From the human T2T-CHM13v2.0 reference genome, Homo sapiens: 64,000 nucleotides of DNA. The position numbers and the translations under genes are program-made. The stretch lies in assembly GCF_009914755.1 (NCBI RefSeq), contig NC_060928.1, one strand, 5' to 3'. The notes below the pieces were generated by a model. That model was given only the letters and a program-made list of their open reading frames with translations, ran no database searches and was not told the DNA's origin. Shown one piece after another: positions 27,323-40,360 of this stretch (its first letter is position 1; the number at the start of each line of letters is the position of its first letter).

Positions 27323-28029
27323 GAACAAATAGTCAAAGTAAACACAAAGGTTATAGGCTTAGATATTTTGCTTTAGATTTTTCTGACTTTCAAGAAAAAG
27401 ATAGGAAATCAATTAAAAATGGATAGTAGTTATAATCAACTCACATAAGATTCAACTAAAAATGTGAATACATGTTTAAAAAATTGTTCAACATAAGTGG
27501 TAATCTGATAAATGGAAATTAAAACTAATATAAAACATCAATATATACCCATCAAATTGACCAAGGTATAAATCAGTTAATATCACATGTTAGCAGGAAT
27601 ACATAGACAGTAACCTTCATATCCTACCAGTAAGAGTGTATCTGAGACCACCATTTTGAGAGCAAATTTGGCATATTGGTGAAAACATTATGCATATGCC
27701 TTATACCCAATAATTTCATTTCTGGGAGTAAACCCCAGAACGACTTTGCTCAGAGATGTGTGAAGACGTTCAATTCGGCAGTAGCTGGAGGCTATCTTCA
27801 TAGAAGATAGCCATAGAAAGTGGAAATGGCTGTGCAAATTATGGTTTATCTATAAGATGGCTGTCATTCATTAGAAGAAATAAACAATACCTAGAAATAC
27901 TAAAATATAAATATGTCAGAGTCTAATATTCAGTAAAAATGTAAAACTAACTGATATTTATGTAGATGTTTAAAAAACACACAAAATAACCCAATAATAT
28001 ACAAAATCACATTCACTTCCCTATAACCA

Positions 28030-28413
28030 TTCTCTATTTCCTTTCCCTTCCTTTGCTTTCTCTTTCTTTCTCCTTTCCTTTCCTCTTTCCCCTTTTTCTT
28101 TTCCTTTCTTCTTTCCCCTTTCCTTTTTTTCCACAGGGTCTTGCTCTGTCATCTAGGTTGGAGTACAGTGGTGCAATTTCAGCTCACTGCAACCTCGAGC
28201 TTCTGAGCTCAAGTCATCCTGCCATTTCAGCCTCCCAAGGAGCTGGGACTACAAGTGCAAGCCATCATGTCCAGCTACATTTTTTGTACTTTTGTAGAGA
28301 CAGGGTCTCATTATGTTGCCCAGGGTGGTTTTGAACTCCTGGGCTCAAAGGATTTGCCTGCCTTCAGCCTCCCATAGTGCTGAGATCACAGATATGAGCC
28401 ATCAAGCCAGGCA
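28030..28413 (-). mobile_element. AluJ with expanded CT-rich tail (28030-28130)
   Basis: cagggtcttgctctgtc...tgtagagacagggtctcattatgttgcccagg. Confidence 0.88.
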
Positions 28414-28738
28414 TCCTTTTTCTTTATAGCCCTGATCACCCCCTGAAGTTACATTACGTTTATTTATTAACTTGTTTATCATTCGTCTCCGCCAGTTGGT
28501 GGAAGCCAATAGGGCACTCTTGACTGTCTTGGCAGTCTTTTCCCTGGTGGATCCCAGCTCCTACAATAGTGTCTGACCCATAATATGAGCTCATAAATTA
28601 TTTTTATTGAATTATTTATTTTTATTGATATTCATCTGTAAATAAATGAATAGAAACAAAAAGTCCTATGTAATTTGTGTGTCTTCAGGCCTCCATGGCC
28701 TCTGACATTAAGTAACATCACGTAACATCATTAACCAC

Positions 28739-29021
28739 TTTTTTTTTTTTTTTTTTGAGACAGGGTCTCACTCTGTCACCCAGGCTGGAGTGCATTGGTG
28801 CAAGCTCGGCTCACTGCAACCTCCTCCTCCCGGGTTCAAGAGAGTCTCCTTTCTCATCTCCTGAGAAGTGGGGATCACAGGAACGCACCATCACACCTGG
28901 CTAATTTTTGTGTTTTTACTAGTATTGGCCAGGCTGGTCTTGAACTCCTGACCTCAGGTGATCCACCTGCCTTGGCCTCCCAAAGTGCTGGGATTACAGG
29001 CCTGAGCAATCGCACCCAGCC
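28739..29021 (-). mobile_element. AluS with small internal deletion
   Basis: poly(T)...cctgacctcaggtgatccacctgcc; lacks agagacggggtttcaccatg; flanked by cattaaccac on both sides. Confidence 0.9.
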
Positions 29022-29221
29022 ATTAACCACAGTTTTTGTAAGTGCTTTCAGCTGGTTTTGCAGGACTCCTGGCTCCCTGAAAAATCCACTTAAGTACTTC
29101 TGAGAGTCCTTATAAGGGGGCGTTTCCCTTTGTGAAGAATCCCTACACCGAATCTATCTTCTTCTTTTCCTGATAGGGCTGCTCCTCCTTGCTGTCTTTT
29201 GCTCATGAAGCTGCCTAAAGG

Positions 29222-29232
29222 GTGACTCAGCA
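29222..29232 (+). promoter_or_regulatory. Consensus ARE/AP-1 (NFE2L2-MAF) motif
   Basis: GTGACTCAGCA matches RTGACTCAGCA; motif only. Confidence 0.3.
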
Positions 29233-29308
29233 CTATGCAACTTCCAGGTACCAACTATGAGATGCCAAAGTCCATCCAAAGGATGGACCCAAGGCTACTG
29301 GATCTTAA

Positions 29309-29858
<550 letters not shown>

Positions 29859-30827
29859 TATCCTTTTTCTTTAATCAAACAGCAAAATGTCTTCCTATCA
29901 GTTTTTGTAAAAATTTCTAGAAATGTCATTGGCCAACTAGCTTCACTAACACTCAAGCTCTGAATTGCAGCTAGGTTAGCTCTTCTTGATATATTTACAT
30001 CCAAAAGGAGGAAAGAGCTTCAAAGAGGGTGTGGCCAACCCCGTACAAATAAGGAGAATAGGTCTGAGAAGAGGCCATTGAATTTGGCACCTAGTAACTT
30101 GTTTGTAGTAGTAAAGGAGTTTCTGTAGTCACCTGGAGTCTGACTTAAAAGCACTCAAAGGATTTTGGATGTTCTGTAGGTCGACTGGGCTCCACTAAAC
30201 ATTTGGCAACAGACAAGCATTTCTCTCCAAGACATTGAGAAATACAGAGCAATTCTCTTTATTTTCTTTAGAGATGGAGACATGCTCCTGTAGCCAAAGC
30301 AAAATTTGGAGCCATTTTGCTTCCTGGTCCCTGGGCGTAGGTTTGCTCTTTTGTTTAATAAGAGAGTCAACAGTGCTTTTTACAATCAGTGGTTTCTCCA
30401 GCATCCTGACTAATATTATCTCCCTTCACAAAATAGGCTTTGGCAGCCCAGGCTGTGGTAAACAATTCCTGAGAGTGCAGTCACTGTGGTCACTCTGGCC
30501 CCCTCCGCTCTCGCCATCTTCTAAACCCAAGCTGTAAACATTCTGGAACAAGGGCTCCATAAACTCAAGCTATTTTGTTCCTTCAGAGAACAAGTCACAA
30601 TAAAAAGAGGTTTATAAAGGCGTCGTTTTTTTGCCAAGAGAGTTGAATGAATTCTTTTATCTCCTCATGATTCATTCCTAATTGCAAGATTTTTATTTTT
30701 AGAAAGCATTTTGGAGGTTTTTGTTATGTAGTGGTAAAAACACAAAATGATGCACTCAGCATTCCAGATCACAGGCTGGAGAGGAGGAGGAGTTCTGTGG
30801 ATGTGGCTCTCGCCATGCAAGGAGCCT

Positions 30828-31325
30828 GTGGTCTTGGTCAGCCTGGGCTGCTGTAACAAAACGTCGTCGACTGCGGCTCTGAACCACAGGCATGACCTTC
30901 TCACAGTTCTGGGAGTTGGGATGCTGAGGTCAGGCTGCCAGGCTGTTGGGCGCTTGGTGAGGGCCCTCTTCCTGGTTATGTCCTTACCTGGTCTTTTTGA
31001 GTGGCGCATGGAGAAAGAAAGAGATCCTGGGTCTCCTCTGCTTTTTATAAGGGCACACACTGATCCCATCACGAGCACCCCAGATCCTGGGTCTCCTCCA
31101 CTTTTTATAAGGGCGCACACTGATCCCATCATGAGCACCCCAGATTCTGGGTCTCCTCCACTTTTTATAAGGGCACACACTGATCCCATCACGAAGACCT
31201 CACCTTCATAACTTCATCTAACCCAAATCCCCTCCCAAATGCCCCACTTCCAAATACCATCACATTGAGAGTTAGCATGTCAATATATGACTTTTGGGAG
31301 GACACACTCATTTAGTTCATAGCAC
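30828..31325 (-). mobile_element. MLT1A/MSTD-like MaLR solo LTR with internal triplication
   Basis: ggtcagcctgggctgctgtaacaaaa...ctcacagttctggga...ccaaataccatcacattg...ttcatagca. Confidence 0.8.
31022..31194. repeat. 60-bp tandem repeat x3
   Basis: agatcctgggtctcctccactttttataagggcacacactgatcccatcacgagcacccc at 31022, 31082, 31142. Confidence 0.97.
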
Positions 31326-31597
31326 CTGTAATCAGTGAATACAAGAATCGTTGATCTCTGTAGCGGAAGAGGATTTTCTCGTTGCCTGACTGCTCTTGAA
31401 AACAGTCCTCCTGGAGAGAAGAGTGGAGTGCAGGAGGTGATGACATTTTCATTCCATATGTGAAACAATAAATGCCTGATAGTGAGAGTTTTCAGAAGGA
31501 TGAACAGGCTGTTTGTAAGAATACTGAGTTCTATGTGACTGGTGGTATCTAAGCAGGGGTTGGGTAATTGTGGAAAAACTTTAAGAGCATTCAGAAG

Positions 31598-31886
31598 GGC
31601 CCAGAGAAGTGGCTCGTGTCTGTAATCCCAGCACTTTGGGAGGCCAAAGTGGGAGGATCGCTTGAGGCCAGGAGTTTGAGACCAGCCTGGTCAACTTAAT
31701 GAGACCCTATCTCTACAAAAAATTACAAAATTAGGTGGGCGTGATGGTGTGCACCTATAGTCCCAGCTACTCAGGAGTCTGAGGTGAGAGAATCTCTTGA
31801 GCCCAAGAGTTCAAGGCTGCAATGAGCTGTGATCGTGCTACTGCCCTCCAGCATGGGAAACAGAACAAGACTCTGTCTAAAAAAAA
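31598..31886 (+). mobile_element. AluJ
   Basis: gggaggatcgcttgaggccaggagtttgagacc...gagcccaagagttcaaggctgcaatgagc. Confidence 0.9.
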
Positions 31887-34023
31887 TGTGTATGTAGATA
31901 TATGGCAGTCCGAGCACCCAGGTCCCCAGTTCTCCTTTCAGTGCTGAAGCTATGTGTTTGAAAATTTACTTGGGGGCCACAGCTGCATACACCCTCATCA
32001 CTTCTGCACAATTCTCAGTCCTCAGGAGGCAATAGTTTAGACTTAAACTTCAACGTAAGCAGACTACATTGGAGAAGGACAAAGGGAAGCTTTCCTTGGT
32101 TCCATAGGACATTGTCAAGGAGTCAGGGGCAGGACTGGAATGAACAGTATGAGAAATGAAGTATGCACAATCGTGCGTGAACATTATGGGAAACATGACA
32201 AAGATGCGATGATTTTGCAGTCCCCAAGTTCCCTGCGTGTAAAATCAAGTGTCACAAGCAAAGCAGAATACTTGTCAGTTCTTTTCAGTGATAATGTTGA
32301 CACCATTCCTCCTGGTTTGAGTTCCTTTCTTCCCATGCTCTCTCTACCCACAGAAATTCAGCCAGTTTTCCTGTCCCAAATCAAATAGGACTTTCCCCAT
32401 AAAATAATTCCCTGATTCATAAAATACAATGACTATAATAATTATCTGATTCCTGCTATCCACATGTCTTTTGATCTATTCTGTTTAGCACTCTTATATC
32501 TCTTAGGTTATTCTTTACTCTAAAAATACCTTTTCTTACATACTAGAGTCTAATTTTTTGAGGACAGACATTGTGTCTTTTTTAGACTTTTATATCCCTA
32601 AGATGTCAAATACCCTACCTTATGGCTAGTACATCTCAGTAGATAGATATTAGGTGGCCGGGTGAATGAGCAGAACATTCTAAATGGGGAGAAACGGCAA
32701 AGCTACCTTGCTGCTGCAGGATTCTGCTCCCTTTTTCCTTAGATCTAACTATGTGGTCTTTTATTTCAGACACTCGGCTGGGAAGTGAGAGACTCAAAAC
32801 AACGTGAGAAGTAGAAAGCGGGCAAGTTTGTTGGGGCCATATGTAACTTCATGAATATCACTGTTTCAAGGACTAAGTTATAAGTTTTACCCTTTTCAGA
32901 TAAGGAAAACAGAGTGTGAGTGGGGTTAGAAAGAGGAAAAACAGCAAGCCAAGTTGAATCACTCATCCTGAGAGGCATTCAAATACAGAGTTATGGAGAA
33001 AGCGACTTTCCTCCACAAGGGTAAACCCCTCAACAGCAGCTGGTAAACCTCAGTCCACAGCGCAGAGTGTGAGAAAGGGAAGATTTCAAACAACTTAAAT
33101 ACAAAGAAAACACTTTTTTAAAACATTAGTGATTCTTTTCCACATTTCCCTTTAGGCTCTATTCATACGGAAAATATTCCGCTACACCTCACAGCAATAT
33201 ATCTTATTTTTTTTAATATGCAGCAACCGTCAGCCAACTCATAGCTGAAGCAGGGACACTGTGCAGCTCTTGGAGCTTGTTCTTAGTATGTGTTCAGAGG
33301 GCTAATACTCTGTCAAGCAGGGCGGATGATAGCCAGAGCAAACAGCCACGGTCCCCACGGTGGAAAATAACGTTGCCAGGCAAGCCAAAATATGATTTTT
33401 TCTATGAATTTTCTTTCCAGGGAGTACCTCTGAAAAACACCTCTCTAGCATAACAGTCACTGAATTAAGTTATATATTTTTAGACACCACTAACTGTTCT
33501 TTGTTTTTTCTTCCATTTCTAGAAAATTCCGCACATCTGGAAAGAACAGCAATGAACAGGAACTTGTGCATTCGTGCTAGGCTCCTACTGGGCCCGCTTC
33601 GTTTCATTTCCTCCATTTTTATGACACTTTCCCATGCTGCTACTCCAGACATTCCATCAAACACCTCGCCACGAACAAATTGAAAGGGAAGGAAATCTAA
33701 AGAAAGTCTGACTGAATTTCTGAGTGTCTCATCACTAGAATGACCAGGAAAACCTGCCAGGAGTGTAGATTCAGGCCCCTAATCCCACTTCTCTGCAGTC
33801 TCCTCTTGGTCTCTGTGTATAAGCTCTCCTGCCTTTTTGCACCTCTAATCCATTGTCAGACAAACTGGCCTACTTGTGTTTGCCTCTGAGAGCCTGTCCA
33901 CTTCCTCACGTTAGGAGAAAGAACACAAAGAATCCTAGCTTTGATTCAGTTTTCCATACTTCAGCCATCAGTCTACCATCAAGCACATTTTTTACTGGGC
34001 AAATGAAAAGTCATTGCTTTCAA

Positions 34024-34324
<301 letters not shown>

Positions 34325-34653
34325 AATATTTTTGTTTCTAATAAAACAAGAACTAGTAGTGCACTCCGTCTAGAGCAAGATAGTGTGGTGGGGACAGGGA
34401 GCAAGTAGGTAGGGGATAAATAGGTCAAGAACTGAATTCACAATTGAGGCTTTAAGCTTGATAAGAAATAAAGCAAGTTTGAATCATCTGGGTCCCTGGG
34501 GAAGCATTTGTTTAGAAAAAGATCAATAGTAAATAAAAATACCACGCACCTAGTTTCCAGGTATTGATTTATCTAAAAGGGACCTGGCTTTCACATATTT
34601 ACGATATGCAAGTGCATTTCAAAGCTTTGCCTGACAGCTGGATGCAAGCTGGG

Positions 34654-35983
34654 TGAGGCTGTAGGGGTGACAGTGTCATCACATGTGAGAGAGGCTGTGG
34701 GGGTGCAGGTGTCATCACATGTGAGAGAGGCTGTGGGGGTGACAGTGTCATCACATGTGAGAGAGGCTGTGGGGGTGACAGTGTCATCATATGTGAGAGG
34801 CTGTGGGGGTGACAGTGTCATCACATGTGAGAGAGGCTGTGGGGGTGACAGTGTCATCACATGTGAGAGAGGCTGTGGGGGTGACAGTGTCATCACATGT
34901 GAGAGAGGCTGTGGGGGTGACAGTGTCATCACATGTGAGAGAGGCTGTGGGGGTGACAGTGTCATCACATGTGTGAGAGGCTGTGGGGGTTCAGGTGTCA
35001 TCACATGTGAGAGAGGCTGTGGGGGTGACAGTGTCATCACATGTGAAAGAGGCTGTGGGGGTGACAGTGTCATCACATGTGAGAGAGGCTGTGGGGGTGA
35101 CAGTGTCATCACATGTGAGAGAGGCTGTGGGGGTGACAGTGTCATCACATGTGAGAGAGGCTGTGGGGGTGACAGTGTCATCACATGTGTGAGAGGCTGT
35201 GGGGGTGACAGTGTCATCACATGTGAGAGAGGCTGTGGGGGTGACAGTGTCATCACATGTGAGAGAGGCTGTGGGGGTGACAGTGTCATCACATGTGTGA
35301 GAGGCTGTGGGGGTTCAGGTGTCATCACATGTGAGAGAGGCTGTGGGGGTGACAGTGTCATCACATGTGAAAGAGGCTGTGGGGGTGACAGTGTCATCAC
35401 ATGTGAGAGAGGCTGTGGGGGTGACAGTGTCATCACATGTGAGAGAGGCTGTGGGGGTGACAGTGTCATCACATGTGAGAGAGGCTGTGGGGGTGACAGT
35501 GTCATCACATGTGTGAGAGGCTGTGGGGGTTCAGGTGTCATCACATGTGAGAGAGGCTGTGGGGGTGACAGTGTCATCACATGTGAGAGAGGCTGTGGGG
35601 GTGACAGTGTCATCACATGTGAGAGAGGCTGTGGGGGTGACAGTGTCATCACATGTGTGAGAGGCTGTGGGGGTTCAGGTGTCATCACATGTGAGAGAGG
35701 CTGTGGGGGTGACAGTGTCATCACATGTGAAAGAGGCTGTGGGGGTGACAGTGTCATCACATGTGAGAGAGGCTGTGGGGGTGACAGTGTCATCACATGT
35801 GTGAGAGGCTGTGGGGGTTCAGGTGTCATCACATGTGAGAGAGGCTGTGGGGGTGACAGTGTCATCACATGTGAGAGAGGCTGTGGGGGTGACAGTGTCA
35901 TCACATGTGAGAGAGGCTGTGGGGGTTCAGGTGCCACCACATGGGAGACAGGCTGTGGGGGTGCTGGGTACCACCACATGTGA
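34654..35983. repeat. 36-bp minisatellite (VNTR), ~37 copies
   Basis: Unit GAGAGGCTGTGGGGGTGACAGTGTCATCACATGTGA with a few recurrent variants; ~1330 bp. Confidence 0.98.
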
Positions 35984-36269
35984 GAATACAGAAAACACAA
36001 AGCCGTCAGCTACGGAGAATTAAAATCAAATTCGCATAGCTCTGTACTCTTTCAGGGGATGATTCTTGGCCTATTTTAAATATTCTGAATTAACTTTTTC
36101 ATTTCCTACATTTTTTCCCTGACACAAGCACATTCCCTTAGAAAGAGAAGAATCATACCGTATCTCTATGGAGATAAATATATTCCTTGGTTTAAAACAA
36201 AATCCTTTCTTTCTTCCTTATTTCCTTCATTTCCTTTCTCTCCCCCTTCCTCCTTCTCCTCCTCTCCAT

Positions 36270-36581
36270 CTCTTTCTTTCTTTCTTTTTTTTTTTTTTTT
36301 CTGAGATGGAGTCTTGCTCTGTCGCCCAGGCTAGAGTGCAGTGGCACCATATTGGCTCACTGCAACCTCCGCCTCCCAAGTTTGAGCGATTCTCCTGCCT
36401 CAGCCTCAGAGTAGCTGGGATTACAGGCACCTGCCACCGTGCCCGGCTAATTTTTGTATTTTTAGTAGACATAGGGTTTCACCATTTTGGCCAGGCTGGT
36501 CTCGAACTCCTGACCTTGTGATCCACCCACCTCGGCCTCCTACAGCGCTGAGATTGCAGGCGTGAGCCACCGCGCCCGGCC
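36270..36581 (-). mobile_element. AluS (Sg/Sc-like)
   Basis: ctcgaactcctgaccttgtgatccaccc...cgcgcccggcc. Confidence 0.92.
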
Positions 36582-36879
36582 TCCATCCCTTTCTTATTAT
36601 TATTTTAGCTGAGCAGCCCTCAGGCGAGGGTGTCATCTGCGCAGCGGGAGGCAGAGTCTGAGTTAGGTGCATGGTGGAGTCACACTGCCAGCCGCTGTGG
36701 ACCGTGGGAACGATGCCTGGCAGGGTAAGGGTGGCAGGGGTGCAGCGTGGGCTGTTGGTGATTGGGAGAGGAAAGACGGCATCCACAAAGGGTGTGACGG
36801 GGTGATGCCCACGGGGGGTGCTGAGGGAGATGATGGCTTTGACAGGCGTTGAGTACCTTTATTGGTACTCTGGTGCCGA

Positions 36880-38480
36880 GAATCACCAATATGGAAAAGG
36901 AGAAAACTGGGATGAACCCGTTAATGTTGGACTGGAAATGGAAATATCGTGTGGATTTCAATAGAGAGATAAACAGATACTATAATTACATGCAATATAA
37001 TTCATCTGTTTCCTAGTTCTGTCCTCTGAGAGTCAGAGAGAAGTGACACCTCAAGAGCAGTCGGCACATCTTTTCCGTGGTCTGTAAATGCCATTCTCCA
37101 CTGAGAGGACTCATGGCTCCTTGGAGAGCTCGCTGAATCCTGAGCTGGGGAACGGAAGGTACAGATGGGCCAGAAACACCTTTTTGTATGGGAAGATAAG
37201 AAAATGGTCCCGAAATTATAAAACTATGTTGAGAAGACATTGTCAAATCTGGGATCATTTGATTGTCAAATAAGTAATGACAGTGACAGATTATAACCAG
37301 TTGAATAAGATGGGAATCCATGAGTCTATGCAGATATGAATGAATGAATGAGAGAGGTAAAATATTTTCCTTTTATCTCTGATTTAAGCAATTCAGCAAA
37401 AACATCAAGGCATGTAAAACATGTGGGTGAAAGTTAGATGAGGTACAAACTACTTGGATAGTCTCAAGGTACCTCTGCACAAAATACTTCCAATTCCAAA
37501 GGTAGAAGAGAATAGATTTACTATGAGGGAACCTGGAAGATATGACCTTAATCCAGTGCTCATGTTTAATATCACCAGTAATGGGACAAAGTGCATTTGT
37601 TTGCAACCTGAGGGGACACAATGAGGAAAACATGGAATCACTGCTCTGATATTTCTGCTCAAAATGCTCAACTTGCATCTGGACATGAAGAAAAATCACA
37701 TAAACCTAAATAGGAGGACACAGTACAAAATACCTAGCCTCTAATTTTCAAAAGTTTCAAGTTTACACACCAGTCAGGTAAAGAGGGAGAAGGCATGAAT
37801 CCAGCCTGAGGGTAACTAAACAGACATGACAACTGTATTAGTCCGATTGTACATGGCTATAAAAAACTCCCTGAGACTGGGTGATTTATAAAGAAAAGAG
37901 GTTGAATTGACTCACAGTTCTGCATGGCTGGGGAGGCCTCAAGAGACTTACAATCATGGCGGAGGGGGAAGGGGAAGCAGATGCCTTCATCACATGACAG
38001 CAGGAGAGAGAGAGTGAGGGAGGATCTGCCACACTTTTAAAGCTTCAGATCTCATGAGAACTCCCTCCTATCACGAGAACAGCATGAGGGAAACTGCCCC
38101 ATGATCCAAACATCTCCCGCCAGGTCCTGACACAAAGGGATTACAATTTGAGATGAGATTTGGATGGGGACACAGCCAAACCATATCAACAACTGAATAT
38201 TAATATAACTGGATTCTTTCTATTGGAAAAATGGTGAAGCTTGAATCAACTATATGGATTAGATGGTAGTAATATACCCATTTGACTTCCTGATTTTGGT
38301 GGTTATATTATGGTTATGTAGAACGATGTCCTCATTTATTAGAAATTTATACTAACATATTTGGGAGGTGATGGGGCATAAGGTTGCAACTTAATTTAAA
38401 ATGATTTTAAAAAGAAAGAACTTCTTGTACTATTATTTTAAATTTTGTAAGTTTAAAATTATTTTAAAATAAAAATGTGA
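36880..38480 (+). mobile_element. L1MC (L1MC3/4-like) 3' region split by an MST LTR
   Basis: aaatgccattctccactgagagg...ggctccttggag...gattataaccagttgaataagatgggaatccatgagtc; ttcctgattttggtggttatattatggttatgtag. Confidence 0.75.
37834..38188 (-). mobile_element. MSTA/THE1D-like MaLR solo LTR
   Basis: tgtattagtcc...cctgagactgggtgatttataaagaaaagagg...gggacacagccaaaccatatca; perfect 5-bp TSD acaac. Confidence 0.92.
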
Positions 38481-39561
38481 ATACATACACAAAGAAGTGC
38501 AAACAAAATCGGAAATTTGAACAAGATCTGTGGGTTGTATGAATTTCACATCCTAGCTATAATAGTGTACTATTGTTTTGCAAAATGTTACTATTGAGGA
38601 AAATTGGTTAAAGGTATAACAAAACTTGTGTATCATTTCATGCAATTGCATGTGAATCTATAATTAGTTCAAAAAGATTTTAATTATAGAAAATAGTTTT
38701 AAAATGTTCGATTTGAGGGAACTAGCATTGAACGAGCAAAGCTTTTCAGTGAATCATCATAACAGTTCTATGACATTTCACATTATTTTATTCAATACAC
38801 AGACTAAGAACATAAAGGGAGAGAATTTAAGAAATATGCTTAAGACTTGATTGTTATTAACTAGAATGAATGAAATTAGATTAAAAATGTCTGGGTCTAC
38901 AGATAGAATAAAATATTCCAAATATACTCAATTACCATTACTGATGAAACTAATAAATGCATAATTTTTGTCAAATAAAGTAGATCTAAATTTTTTTAAA
39001 AAAAATAGGTACTTAGTTCTCTGTGCAGGTTATGAGGGTAAATAATTTTTATTACTAAGATTCCACAGAACCTAAATTTCAATATGAACCTGAAAATAAT
39101 ATTTTCGTAATTCACCTACAAACAGACCCAACCTCTAAAAGTTCATAAGGAATGACTTTGGTATTTTCTTGGCAGAAATTGCAATTTTATAAATCAAACA
39201 GTTAGCAGTTGACATGAAAATACTTAAGAAAAATATAGAAACAGAAATAAGACGTGAGAATAGATGTACTGATTACCTAAGTAGGAGATTCTGTCCTCTA
39301 AAATTAGCTCACTTTTAGTGTTGGACACATGTGATAGGCTGAGGGAAAATAGATTCTTCTTTAAGAACATGGAACATCATTAGGCAAATTAAGTTATTGC
39401 TGGTTATCTGCTCTCTGAAAAAAAAAAAGGCCCCTATTCTAACACTGGAACTCCAGATGCAGCTCATGGAATCAGCATGTATTGAACTAAACGTAGAGCA
39501 CATGACAGGTGAGAGCTGCTGGGGGACGTAGGGAATGGCCACGCGTGGGAGCAAACAATGA

Positions 39562-39909
<348 letters not shown>

Positions 39910-40360
39910 TAAATTCAAAATCATAGGGAACATATTTCCGACTTATCTCTGGCTGCAGTAAAGAAAACAACGGAGATGGAAAAGCTCAAGAATGCAGTCA
40001 GCTTTCTCCATCCACCCTGACATACAGTGTGAAATATGACTGACTGAAGCTCCGCTTTCAAGATAAAGGATGATCGTCACAACGGCTAGTATTTGTGGGC
40101 TTCCCGTAGTTGTCTAGAGTTACCAAGTGGCAAGTGGCTGCCGCGAGATGAACGCGGAGTAGCTTGGCCGTAAAGACCATGTTCTCGGTAATTAATTAGT
40201 CCTTTGTGAGCAGTTCAGTACAACTTTGAAATGTATTTACAAACTTCAGAAGTTATAACAGATTTTTGGAAAGGACACTATTATTTAAACTGTAAACGGA
40301 TCTTGCTGGAAATCTATAAAGACAGTTTGGATGTATTTACACTGACATTTAAAAAATATC

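Larger units (their letters stand above)
23900..28000 (+). mobile_element. Old, fragmented L1M (ORF2 to 3' end) interrupted by MIR, L2, LTRs and an Alu fragment
   Basis: A-rich L1 ORF2-like blocks (aaactgcctaactccttttatgag; gcattccctttaatctcaggaataaga; cctacctcacatcatattaaaaaaataaactccagat; aaatggaaattaaaact). Confidence 0.7.

Noticed and set aside
30665-31211. 175-aa and 154-aa ORFs
   Set aside because: Arise from the 60-bp triplication within a MaLR LTR
34654-35983. CRISPR-like array (36-bp palindromic repeats)
   Set aside because: Units are head-to-tail with no unique spacers, there are no cas genes, and the context is primate DNA
34591-36000. 469-aa (-) and 438-aa (+) ORFs with PPQPLSHVMTLS / CERGCGGDSVIT repeats
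   Set aside because: By-product of a 36-bp unit (multiple of 3) that lacks stops in those frames; open on both strands; non-ATG starts; no unique coding flanks
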